The notes under the pieces are model-generated. The model did no database searches. It had not been told where the DNA came from and saw only the letters and a program-made list of their open reading frames with translations. The position numbers and the translations under genes were made by a program. A stretch of DNA of 63,528 bases, filler included, from Vannella sp. (Eukaryota), in NCBI GenBank assembly GCA_023345925.1. It is 7 parts of 7 records of this genome, joined end to end, with 100 filler letters (N's around TTAATTAATTAA, not from the genome) between each part and the next. Parts side by side here need not be neighbours in the genome. Positions count along the whole stretch, not along the records: positions 7,942 to 15,431 come from JAJQQN010000212.1; positions 15,532 to 21,407 come from JAJQQN010000341.1; positions 21,508 to 38,157 come from JAJQQN010000546.1; 4 more parts are not named here. One strand, given 5' to 3'. Below are positions 11,507 through 23,376 of this stretch, piece by piece (the first letter of the stretch is position 1; every line of letters begins with the position of its first letter).

Positions 11507-14500
11507 ATGCGTGTCTTGTTGGTGGCCTTGCTACTGTCTGCTCTTCTGCCATTCGTGCTATCTGACTTGTCCACGGATGAGCCTCGTTCCTTTGACCATC
11601 TTTTGGAGAGGATGAGGGTGAGACATCCTAGCTTGCGAGACATGAACCCTCTGGATCATTTCCAACATGTTCTTGGTGACATACATGTGCTGATGCAAGC
11701 TGGCATGACCTACCGTAGTAAGATCGCTGATCTGGACCACTTTGGATCTCCGCGTTACCATGACTCGACCTTGCGCCCGCGTTACCACATCTTCAACTCT
11801 GACTGGGACGACTCTATCCAAGACGTTTACATCTCTGGAAGGGACATTGTCGTCCGGACAAGTCGTCCAGAATCCATGATACGTTTGAAGGCCCAGAAAG
11901 GAATGATCTTCAGCACTGCCATGGACTTCTCTCAAGAAGGCGACGAGGAGCATCAAGGATCCCGTGATTTTCTACTTACTCAGCATCCAATACTGATTGA
12001 GGACAATCTGGTTCTGCTCGAAAACGTTGTTGAGATGGAGTTTGCAAATCTGTGGGAAATGGCTTCCATTTCAACTGACGTGCAACAATATCAGTACACT
12101 AGGAAGGATGGGGTGTCTACCAGTCGGGCTCTTCCGGTTGCTTTCACTGTCTTCCGTCCGGATGAAGAGAGTAACTCTGTATCACATAAGAGAGGATTTT
12201 TCGATGATGTCTGGGATTCAGTGAAGAGCGCAGCCTCCTTCGTTGCAGACAAAGCCCTCAAACCCATTTATAACGCAGCAGCTAATGTTGCCATTTCGAT
12301 TGTAACTGTCGTCCAAGTTGTTCACGCTATCAGTGGAGGTGAAACTAGTTCTGATTTCAGCTTCAACTATAACAAAGCTACTGGAGAGGCATATATCGGC
12401 ATACCCCTGTTCCCTCCAAATCTTAACAAGGATCTAGGATTGAAAAAGGACGTGAGCCCGGAACCGACCCCCAAAAATGGAGCTCCGAAAGCTAAAGGTG
12501 AATTTCAGGCCACCTTCAGACTAAGTTGCAGAGATTGTTGGGGCAAAGCACAATTTCGCGCGACCACCAAGTACGAAGTCGCTCCAAACGGGAAAAATGT
12601 GTTCAACACGAGGATTTCCGGAGATATTGACCTTAAGCTTGTCTTGGAGGCTATCATTGAGGCAAAGTTTACCGCTTCAATCAACCTTCCCATCTATGCT
12701 ATCTATCCTGGATCGACTGTACAATCAAGCTCCGTGTCTGGAAAGTCGTTCCAGATTAAGTTCGAAGCTGGTCTCTTTCTCAAGGCTGAATCTGTTGTTG
12801 ACGTGAAAGGGCTGATCACTCAGACAAACACTTACAAACTCGTCGGATTCATTGAATTCTTCGTAAGTGATCGCAAACTCAATTTTGATTCAGGTTTGGT
12901 TATTAAGGAGAAGACTTCCAAGACAGAGATAGATGCTGAAATCAAATGGACTCTCGGGAGCACTTTTGGTGTCAATATTGATGCTGCTATGTTCGGCTTC
13001 AAGATTGAGTCGTTCATGGGCATCTTTTTTGAGTGGGAACTTGGGATAGATACCAAGTGCAAGCGGCTAATCAACGGTACTTCTGCTCTTTTCGGAGCGA
13101 GAGCCACTATTGAAGCTTATCTGCCACCCACTTTCGCTTCCTTGGCTGGAAAGAGCAAGTTTGAAAAGGCCACCGAAAAGTTAAACTATCCAATTGAAGC
13201 CATGGAAGGTTGCTTCCTGGATCCTAGTCCAAAGGGTCTGAGAAACGAAGAGCTGACTTTTGACTGCACCGCAACCTTTAACGGACAGAAAGCCGATTTT
13301 TCTTCCTTGAGAAGATCGAAGATTGACCCTTACAGGTTCGAGTCTCGTGGGTTTGATTATGTGTTCAATATCTGTGAGTCTGTCACTCGTTCCCTCTGTC
13401 CAGGAGACGTAGGCATTTGTCAGGAATCAGGCGCCTCTGGCTCACGGATTGGAAGACCTTCATCCCAGGTTAAGGCCGAAAGTGCAGACCGGTTTGTTAT
13501 CACCCACAAGAGTGGAGACATGTGCGGACTGCAACCACGCGAAGGTCGAATCATTCTGACTTGTGATTTTGATGCTACTTCCCCGGTAATCACCAGAATT
13601 GAAGAACCAAGCTCTTGCAAGTATGAAATTTACATCCGAACTTCACTCGCATGTCCGGCTCCTTGTCAGGTTAATGTGGGCAACACCCTTTTCGATTTCC
13701 GCCCTCTTTCTTTGAAAAACGGGTCGTACAAGTTCCAAGATGGAGATAATGTATACTCTATGAATATCTGCGGATTTGTGACGGATTCCAGATGCCCTCC
13801 ACGGACGGCAGGAGCTTGCAAGAGTATCTCAGCAGCAAATTTCTCCAATTACTTCAGTCTTGGTGCTCCTTCGAAACTCATTCAAGTAGAAGGAGATAAG
13901 TTCTACTTAGAATACAATGACGGATTCGGAGAAGGTTGTGAAGGAATCAGATCCTCCAAGATTATCATCTCGTGCAACAAGGATGTGCCAACAGGTCGAA
14001 TCATTGCAGTGCGGGAGCCATTTGCTTGTCGCTTTGAAATCTACTTTGAAACTGCATTGGCTTGTCCAGCTGCTTGCCAAGCCATCAAGGATTACGCTCT
14101 ATTTGACTTATCCTCCTTGAGGCGACCTGGAGATGGACCGTTCTCCTTCTCTTCCCGGAGAAACAATTACTTGTTCAATATCTGTGATGGAATATCTGGA
14201 TCACGGTGTGGGAACGCTACCGTGGGAGTCTGTCAATCCTCCTTATACTCGGCAAATAGTTTGGGTCAAGTGGACTATTCGCCATCTGCTGAAGCCGACG
14301 GGTCATTCCGCTTTGATTTGAAAGGAGGAAACGATAGCAAATGTCCAGGACCCCGAGAAACCACCTTGATTGTGAAGTGCAATACTAATGCTGTTGATTT
14401 GGTCGTCAGTTCTATTTCAGAAACAACTCAGTGTCGCTTTTCGCTCATTGTTGAGTCGATTAACGCATGTTCTTCCAGAGCAATGGTAACCCGGCGAGAT

Positions 14501-15431
14501 TTGAGTGCAGGATCTTTGCAAGTGCTTCAAGTTAGTGTCTGGGAGGCGTACTCCATGGGAGATGTCCAGATTGCTTTTGATCTCACACCTCTCGGGGGAT
14601 CTTCCGGGCTGGAAATCCTACAAATACTGATCATAGGAGCTGACATGAAAGTGGATTACATTGGTGTAGATCAGAATATTCTTGAATTGATTAGCCGGGG
14701 GTTAACCCAATACTCTGACGACTTGCTGACTTTGAATCTTCCAACATACATTCTTAGCAAAGGAGATTATCTTTTCCTGAATTTCTCTTCTTCCGTTAAT
14801 GGCCAAATCTTTTCGTCCTTGTCCCAGGTGGGAGAGAATTCCATGGAATTCGGCTTCCGAGTTCCTTTGATTGGGGCAGGAATCCTCTACTCCCTGCCAG
14901 TCTTCACTCCAACAGATCAGTTCTACTGCTATTGCGAAGCTGATTCAGGCTACCCCCAAGTGTTTATAACTAATTTTGACGACGAAGTCTTGCACACTAA
15001 CTCCGTCAACTCTTCCTTATACCTAGCTGGAAGAGTAACAATGCCAAGTGACAAGTTAGACACAATTTTCTTCTCTGTTTTTGCGGCCGGTGATACTCCT
15101 ATCGAAGTAGTATCTTGTTCTTTGTTAGCGTTGGTACCCGCTCCAGGGAATGTTCCAGCCATCCTTGGGGTATCAAGTGTAGTTTATGAACTCTCAATCA
15201 ACGCAAATGTTGATGAATTGATTCTCACTAGTGGAGAAGAATCTGAGATTTACCTCTCGTTTATGCAAAGGTTGGAGGATCTCTTCCTGAATCCTCCGGT
15301 GGCATTTGGAGTTGGAAGTCTTTCATACAATCTCCAAAACCTGCCTCGAGCTGATTTGTGCTTCGCTCGTGTCTTCGGCAAATCTTTCGACTTCGGTGTG
15401 GAAGCTATTCTTTACCTGACTGATTCTGCAC
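11507..15431 (+). CDS. Large secreted/surface protein: signal peptide, pro-region, KR site + amphipathic helix, beta-rich domain, three MRH domains, and a C-terminal region homologous to LRR gene A; 3'-truncated
   Basis: Signal peptide MRVLLVALLLSALLPFVLS at ATG 11507. Three repeats of D[FL]SxL..Y.[FM]NIC..C...G.C...G..C...R...I...C......E...C.[FY].I...TxLAC. No intron needed. Confidence 0.85.
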
Positions 15432-15531
15432 NNNNNNNNNNNNNNNNNNNNNNNNNNNNNNNNNNNNNNNNNNNNTTAATTAATTAANNNNNNNNNNNNN
15501 NNNNNNNNNNNNNNNNNNNNNNNNNNNNNNN
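15432..15531. other. Artificial contig spacer
   Basis: N44 + TTAATTAATTAA + N44. Confidence 0.99.
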
Positions 15532-15562
15532 CAGTTTCGGATTCCTCATGATGAGATGATAG

Positions 15563-16023
15563 CGCTCGAAACTTCCTCGTGGTGACAGACAAAACCATCC
15601 ACCCAACTGGTGAGTAGAATCTTGATTCCCCTTGTTCTTCATTCACAGTGTTAGATGGAACCAGTGCCTCCGCTCCAACTGCTGCTGCATTTATGACGAT
15701 GATTAATGACGTTCTATTGAGCAAGAAACAGAAGCTTGGGTACCTCTCTCGGGGCGAAATGAACCATTCTAAGTGATTTGATGCAGATTCATCAACCCCA
15801 CCTTGTACTCTTTGCCTTCCAGCAACTTCCGTGATATCATTCAAGGCGACAACTCTTGTGGAGAAGACATTTCCTCGTGCTGCCCGTACGGATATCCCAC
15901 TGCTTTCGGTTGGGATGCAGTCACTGGTTTGTTCCCCTCCCGCTTCTCCCCGTCCTCCATTAACCCTTCCTAGGTCTGGGAACTCTCAATTTCCCCAACT
16001 TGTTGGCTTCCTTGACTGCCTAG
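15563..16023 (+). CDS. 3' end of an S53 (sedolisin / tripeptidyl-peptidase I-like) serine-carboxyl peptidase; not in ORF track
   Basis: Exons 15563-15609, 15655-15739, 15787-15926 and 15974-16023 splice to ..DGTSASAP (catalytic Ser)..LGFINPTLY..FRDIIQGDNSC..GWDAVTGLGTLNF..stop. Confidence 0.9.
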
Positions 16024-16227
16024 AAGTTCTAAGGAGCTTTGGGATGAACCAAATAGGAACTGACTTTCACTCATTTTGGCCTTTCCTTTGGCAGACACAA
16101 GAGTGACTTGTCCGTGCTGAAGCCCTTCGTGCTAGGGAAAAGAGCAAACGGGTTCTTTAAGGAGGGAGTAGAAGGACAGAACAAACAGGTGCAATTGCTC
16201 AAAGGGGAGCGGGGAAGGTGGGAATGA

Positions 16228-17976
16228 TTACTCTTGATCGTCACTTTCATCATCGTCCATGTCCATGTCGTCCACATTCATCTCTTCCATGTCGCGAATC
16301 AAGTCGCTCATGCGAGGGCCGGGGAATTCCTCCAAGTCGGACTCGCTGAGAGTCGAAGAAACGTCGTCGGCCCGGTAAAGGTTCACTTGCTTCCAGAGCT
16401 CCGGATCTTCCTCGAGATCATCAAGGAACTGGGTCCGATCCCGCTCTGCCTTGTCCAAATCAGCCTTCCGAGCGCTCTGATCGGCTTCGATCGTGAGGTT
16501 GGCGACCTTCCATTGGCGCTTCTTCTTGGCCCGTTGGTCGATGTAGGCCTTGCGACAGAGAAGCTAAGCGGATGTGAGTGCCCTTTGAACCTCTATTGCT
16601 GCAGGAGAACGTACAATCTCAGGGACGTCGCGCCCGCGGAGGTTTTTGGTGTCAGAGTCGTTGAAGTTGATCGTTGTGAGATCGTAGCCGAGAACAAAGT
16701 CTCCTGCCTTGAGTAGATTGCCGAGATGCGACATGGTGACGTACTGCACGTCGTTGTGCCCCAGATCACGCTCTCGAGCCACATGAACCTCAGCCAAGGA
16801 GAACTGAGCGCCACTTAGATCCTCTGCGGAGCAATGGAGATGATTCTTACCTTGCCATGGACAGGGCCCGTTGGGATGCAGTCCAGAACCACGAACATGG
16901 TCAGTTGTCCACGTCCTGCGATGGAGCGGAAGGGCGCTCGCCAATAGATGGAAGCTGAGATGGTAGCGACAGTCAGAGTCACCGGATCCACAAAGTGGAG
17001 TGCATCAGACACCTTATGACAGATAACAAGCGGCGAGATGTTGCCGTTCGACCGAGCAACATTGAGAGGCAGACAAACCAGATCCTCACGGCAGACCAGG
17101 GCGATCTCGGCCGCGATAGTGTACTTGTAGTTGTAGGTGCTCGTGTGGATGTCCGCAGAGATGAGTTCCTTGGAGAGTTTGGTGCGCATGGGAACGAATT
17201 GGCTCACGAACTCGACAAACTTCATTCCTTGGTTCTTGTTGTTAAAGAAGAAGTCCAGCCCGTCTGGCTTCTCCCCAATGCTCACGCACTTCTTCTGTGC
17301 TCCGTGCTTGAGAATGAGCTGCTCCAACCAGAGGAACGTGCGCTTATGGTCGACTCGTTGGCGGACTTGGGCGGCCACTCGCCATGTCAGCTTGGCCTCT
17401 GCGCGCTGGCAATCGGGGCAGAAGAGGTTCTGAACGACGTACTCGATCATGAAGGACTGCTGGAGGATGGTAGAGTTGAACACCTCCTTCTGAATGGTCA
17501 GTTTTGTCTTCAGCCGCTTGGAATGAGGTTCGGTCCAGATGAAGGAGGCGTCGATCAGCTTGACCTTGTTTAGACCACGGACCTTCTTCAAACCTAGAAG
17601 CGAGAGTAAGGCAAGGATCCCCAAGCAGAAGAGGGAAGAGCGACGAACAGATGGCGAGGAGTTGGCGAGACTCCAAGTCCGCAACAATCCACGCATTTGG
17701 AGGTTGAAAGTAGCTTCACATAGAGGTAAGTTACTGTTTGCAACCTAGCCAGGGCCAAGAGACCGCAAGAACTCACCGTTCGCAACCTTTGCACCATTGA
17801 ATGGTAAGCTGCTTGGGGATGCCCTCAGTGATGTCCACTTGAGTTTGAATGCAGTTCACACACATGCTAGAGGGGTTGGAAGGGATCGCCGTCCCGCATA
17901 AGCAACAAAGCCTGATCAACGTTAAGCTCTTCCCCTCGATCACCCCCCAAAGAAGCCAAAGGGGTTGATACTGCAT
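16228..17976 (-). CDS. NMD3: 60S ribosomal export adaptor NMD3 (multi-exon)
   Basis: CCLCG..MCVNC..VDITEGIPKQ..CKGCER, KLIDASFIWTEPHSKR, QVRQRVDHKRTFLWLEQLILKH, SHLGNLLKAGDFVLGYDL and FLDDLEEDPEL distributed over short-intron-separated ORFs. Exact start uncertain. Confidence 0.95.
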
Positions 17977-18315
17977 TCCTGTTCAACCCCCTCTCCTGAG
18001 AAAACCACTTACACCGAAGAGGGCGTGGACTGGTCGAAGATGGACATGCCCAACGAAGAGGGACGCCAAAAAAGTGGAGAAAAGCACTGGAACCTCTTCT
18101 TGACCTTCGCCACCTTTATGGCTCAATATTAGACTCGTATCACGAGTCTTCCAAGATTCCATCAACACATGCATGTTGCGCCGTGGAAAAAACCAAAGTC
18201 ACGTGATCATTTCCCCTCTCAGCCTTTTTAACAGTTTCTTTGAATCACTGAATCATAGACTTGATAGGAATAGAAGGGGTTTCTTATCGTACTGTTGGAA
18301 CAGGCTCATTTTTCG

Positions 18316-21300
18316 ATGGAAGAGGAGGACGGTCTGCTGGAAGAGGCGGAGGAACTCTTCCAGAGCACTGTTTCTTACGTCCTTGAAACAGATGTGGGGA
18401 ATTCTTTTGCGATGGGGGATGCGGTGGGATCTGTTTACTTGCCGGAGGTGACCGTTGCTGGAGTTGGCCGCTTGAGTTGGCCTCTCTGCCAGTCCCAGCT
18501 CAAACAACTCAAGAAGGTGATGAGACCCGCTGATCCAAACAACATCAAAGGACCCCTGATGCTGCCTGCTAAGAGATTCGAGCTTGGAAAGTGCCTCAAA
18601 ACGGTTTGTGATGACGCTTACATTGCTGCATGTACCTCCCTTGGCCTGGGCATCAGATCGCTCGAAAGGATCGAGGCTTTGGGACTCTTTTTAGAGGAGA
18701 GAGGATCTCAGCAAGGAAAGGCCTGGCAAAGACAAGCCGCGAAGAATCCCCGAACTCTGGCTTCCCTGGTCGTCCAGTTGCCCAGCGAATATGAAGGAGG
18801 CGCTTTCCATGTTCGCTACCAAGGTTCTGTCCATCAGTACTCCTTTGGAGGCTCTCAAAGTGCGCAAGGACCTTTCTTTACGGCATTCTACTCTGAATGT
18901 GACACTCGCCTTGCAAAGATTAGAAGTGGAGCCCGATTGACCATTCACTTCAACATCAATTTGAAAGAGGTTGAAGGGTCACCTCGACCTCTTGATCCCA
19001 AACCAATGGAAGGTCTACGAAAGGTGCGGTCGTTGTTGCGAGAAGCGAACAGAAGCCAAAGATTCTTGATCCGCATGGAGTCCGACTGCTCTCTTTTGGC
19101 TCGAGGAAATCTCGATGATGATGACCGAGCCATTCTTGATCTCTTTCGAAACACGAAGAACAAGGCCGGAGAGGATTTGTTTGTGGTTGCTCTGGGAAGG
19201 GTACATGGTACTTACGGCGAAAATTTGGTTGGGGTGATCGAAGACTCCCTTCCTCACTGCTATTGGCCTGTGCTATCGAAACATGTTTGCTGGAACGAAA
19301 TCCGATTCGATTGTCAAGAGACTGACATCCTCACTGGTGGAGAGGGGATTCGATTGAACCCTCTGTCTGCCGAAGGGACCTTTTTCGTGCTAGCATGGCC
19401 AAGTGAGATGCACATTGAGGAGATCATGCGATTCTCCAAGCCGGAAGCTGCGAAAATGACATTACAACATTTGCTCAAGGAAAATCCAGAAAAGGCGGAG
19501 GAGATTCTTGCGGGAATCATTGCCAGAGAGGAATACTGCTCCATATCTTTGGCAAAATGTGCCATAGAGCTCCGTCGAAAAGACCTTTTACTGCGAATTG
19601 CTGGTAGTGAGAGGGAATATTCCTCCGTCAAGTTCTACAAGTTGCTGAGTCGCGCCGTTGAAAACAACCTCTGCGCTTGGAATGAGCTTTTGCCGTTCCT
19701 CGCCAAGCGGATGGGCAGATTCAATTCTGAACAAGTTTCTTTCCTCTCAACGCTTAAACCTGAGTTGAGGACGTCTCTTCTCTCCAGCATAGCTGTTGAC
19801 GATAACTCCCGAGGATGCTGGCTTGAGGCTCTACACAAGTTTAGAATACCTTTTACTGACTTTCTAACGGAGCCTGTTTGGGGAAAGCTCACAGCTCAAG
19901 GCAAGCTGGGAACCTTCACCTTTGCTTCAAGTTTCGGCCGATATCAATTTAAAGAAGAGAGCTCAAAAATCGCTTCATCACTAGTGGGAGATCCTGGAAC
20001 TCTTTTACAATCTCAATCGTGTCAGTCTCTTCACAACCTAGTCTCCAATGTGTTACAACTGGATAATCCCGTGCTCAGTGGAGAACTTTTGGACCTGCTC
20101 ATCATTCACAAAATGCAACCTCCAAACAAATCTGGAAAGGAGTCTCCAAAGTTGGTTGAACTATGGGACCTTCTCCTGAAGGATGAACCGACCTATAGAT
20201 TCAAAGAGGCTCTGTCCTCCTACCCGCGGTTCGGAAAGATTTCTTCGCTGAAGGTTGCAGAGCACATTCTCACTCTTTTTAAAGCGCACTATTCCGCCCC
20301 TGCTAATCTACAAGATGTCCTCCAGCGCATTATCCAATTTGCTGAGGATTGGTTTTCTTCCAGAACAGCGCTGGACGCATTCCAGCGTTTGATTCGCCCT
20401 ATAATTGAACTTGGAGATGACGTCACACAGAAATGTCTCGTGGAGGAACTCCTTTACGGGAGTACTTCAAAATCAAATCACGTCCACACTCTCTGGGATC
20501 ACATTGTCCCAATCACTTCTGGACGATTCGTTGCAGAGTCATTTTCTAAATCCATCTTAGCGCAGTTTAAGATTGGGCGAGAGACCCCACCTTATGCTAC
20601 TTCTGCTTTTTACAATATTTCAAACGAAGCACTCTCTTCTATTACCAGAATTTGCCTCTCAAAAGCATCAACAGAATGGTTGCCTGTGATTTGGGATGGC
20701 TTTAAACGTCTGCCGCCTTCCTTCCTAGTGCCTCTCTTAACAATATTCATCAAAGTGACTTACGTGCTGGTGACACCATTGAGTGAGATAGCAGATGCTT
20801 TGCTCCGCTCTCCTGTGCCAAGCGAGGAGATCCCCAGTATTGTCGATATTCTCACTCTCAACCGTGGAATCTCTCAACAGATAGCTGCTGCTCTCTTGAG
20901 TTCGGAAAAGCCTTTCAAGCAGCGCCTTTTGAATGACTTGATGGAGGATGCAATTATGGTGGAAAGATGTTTGGCAGACTACACTGTGAGATCCTTCATG
21001 GGCCCACTCGTTGTTTGGCTTATCAATGACTTGCGGAGGCTTCCTTTTGGGACTTATCGCTGTGCCGAGACTCTTGACGGCTCTGATTTCGAATCATACC
21101 AGGAAGTGAATGAGTTTTTGGAGGATGAGGATGCAACCAAAGGAACCTTTGGCAGAGGGGATTTCGCCTCCATCGCTAGTGCTCGCAGAGTGGCCAAGAT
21201 TCTGAACAGAAGCCTACCTCCTCCTTATTTTGAGATCGAACCCATTGGCATTGGCAGAGACTCCTATATTACTATCAAGAAGACAAGAATGAGGATAGAC

Positions 21301-21407
21301 AGGGAACGGGGAACCATTCGAGTCAAAGAACTGGAAAGTCTTCTGGAAATTGTCTTTGGACTACGATTACGACCTGTAAGCTCCTCACCTGCAGCAAAGC
21401 GAGCCAA
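18316..21407 (+). CDS. Large protein with N-terminal 2OG-Fe(II) oxygenase-like domain (metal ligands apparently lost) and helical C-terminal part; 3'-truncated
   Basis: TLASLVVQLPSEYEGGAFHV..FTAFYSECDTRLAKIRSGARLTIHFN matches the (F)GTLVVxLPSxxxGG..AFYxDCxHEVxPVxSGxRxxLxYN pattern. First ATG at 18316. Confidence 0.7.
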
Positions 21408-21507
21408 NNNNNNNNNNNNNNNNNNNNNNNNNNNNNNNNNNNNNNNNNNNNTTAATTAATTAANNNNNNNNNNNNNNNNNNNNNNNNNNNNNNNNNNNNN
21501 NNNNNNN
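21408..21507. other. Artificial contig spacer
   Basis: N44 + TTAATTAATTAA + N44. Confidence 0.99.
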
Positions 21508-22163
21508 CACATCGTAGCAGGTCTATTGATAGCTTTTGTCAGCTCATACTGGTGTTGGTGCTTGATGGTGCTTCTGTACATTGGTAAGAAGGCACGCATG
21601 CTCTCACCAACACGTGATCTCGTGCGGTCTGGTGACCGCGAGAGATGGATAAAGGAAACCTTTTATTCAACAATCAAGTCGCCTTCCTCCATCGTCGAGT
21701 AATGTTCGTCTTCGTGAGGAATAGATTATGAGAACGCAAATCTACTGAATAATAACCACTAAACGAAGTGCTGGAACACCTCTCTGCCAGTCTCTCAACT
21801 AATCAATGCATTCCTGAAAGACCAATTCTCAGCCTGCTCTCCCTCACTCGTGCCCAGCAGGAAGAAGAGTGCCGCTTCATTGAACATGTTGGATAGTTGT
21901 GTTCGCCCAGAAGATGAATTGAGCCGCAGAAGTTATCCTGATGACCTTCATCTCTTCAGGAGAGGATTTTTGGTTGACTATCTGTGAGCCACAGAAACTG
22001 ACTCAGGTACAGTGCCTTGACAAGAAAGACCAAAGAAGAAGGCATCCTAAGCAATTACGAAGCGTATTTTATAACTCAGGGAGCTGACAGGGTCCGCCTT
22101 CGATGCCGTTTCAACCATTTTTGGAATATCACATGAATTGCACCTGTACTGTCTTTCATTGGG

Positions 22164-23255
22164 ATGCCTTTGGGCGGCCACACGATCCTTCTCGACCTCG
22201 AAGGTCGCCTTTGGGGATTTGGATCCAACAGTGAAGGCCAACTTGGTCTCGGTTACGAAAGAGACGAATTTGAACCGGCGGAGATCTCCTGGAATGGCCC
22301 TCAGCCGGTTCAGTTGGAGGTTGGAGGGATACACTCTCTCATCCTTGATGCGCAGGGCGCTGTGTGGTATGCTGGCCACTCCCGAACCTGCTCTACCTCT
22401 GAAACCTTTCAACGATTGCCAGAACTTCCTTGTATCTCTTTGGTGGCTGCTGGTGGGTCTCACAGTGCCGCTATTGACGCTGAAGGCCGCCTTTGGGTGT
22501 GGACGAGCGACATCAGTCTCTCTTGGGCGTGTTCTCTTCCGCAACGAGTAAGAGGCCTTCCCCCAATCATTAATGTGACTTGTGGCTTCGGATTCCTTGT
22601 GGCAGAGGCCGGAGAAGACCTCTGGGTGTTGGGCGACAACTCAAAAGGGCAACTGGGCCTCGGCCACACTAACGACGCCCTTCAGCCGACTCTCGTTCAT
22701 GTGGAAGACCGTTCTGAAGGGCCTCTCCGATTCCTAGCTGCTCTCTTCGATGCAGTAATCATCATCGACTCGCAAGGAGCTGTCTTCTCTGCTGGAGGCA
22801 ACTCCTATGGCCATCTGGGACGCTCTTCTGGGGATCATTCGAAGCTTGAGCGAATCAACAACATCCCTCCCATGCTTGCGGCTTCCTGTGGAGGCGCTCA
22901 CACTTTCGCTACGGACGAGAACGGGGGAGTCTGGACCTGGGGATTGGGTGAATCTGGTCAATTGGGAACGGGCAACACCTCTAATCAGCCCGAACCTATT
23001 CTAGTCCCTTCGTTGGAGGGAATGAGAGCCGTTCTCGCGTTTGGGGAGCATTCTTGGGCGTTCCCACAGGAAGGCGGCCTTCTGGTCTTCGGACATAACG
23101 GTAGCGGAGGACTTGGACTGGGCATCAATACGCCGGATCTTTCCACTCCCACACTAAGTCTTCTCCAGCCCGCCCTCCCTCCCTCATTCATTCACCCGCA
23201 GCACACAGAAGAGCGCCCGTTTCCTTTGAGCGAGCCCTCTCGTGTCTCCCAATGA
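22164..23255 (+). CDS. RCC1-repeat beta-propeller protein (termini possibly frameshifted)
   Basis: Repeated GxxHT..LDxxGxLWxxGxNxxGQLGLG motifs (e.g. GFGSNSEGQLGLG, LGDNSKGQLGLG, WGLGESGQLGTG). Confidence 0.85.
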   Translation: MPLGGHTILLDLEGRLWGFGSNSEGQLGLGYERDEFEPAEISWNGPQPVQLEVGGIHSLILDAQGAVWYAGHSRTCSTSETFQRLPELPCISLVAAGGSHSAAIDAEGRLWVWTSDISLSWACSLPQRVRGLPPIINVTCGFGFLVAEAGEDLWVLGDNSKGQLGLGHTNDALQPTLVHVEDRSEGPLRFLAALFDAVIIIDSQGAVFSAGGNSYGHLGRSSGDHSKLERINNIPPMLAASCGGAHTFATDENGGVWTWGLGESGQLGTGNTSNQPEPILVPSLEGMRAVLAFGEHSWAFPQEGGLLVFGHNGSGGLGLGINTPDLSTPTLSLLQPALPPSFIHPQHTEERPFPLSEPSRVSQ

Positions 23256-23376
23256 CTCCCTTCATCAATCAGAACACTTTCCCACAACAGAGAGAGAGAA
23301 TGATCGCGTTTTGAGAGGCAAGGGATGGTGAGGCACCCGAAGAAGCTTCATTTCCTTGGGTGCGGGAGCGGGTGGC

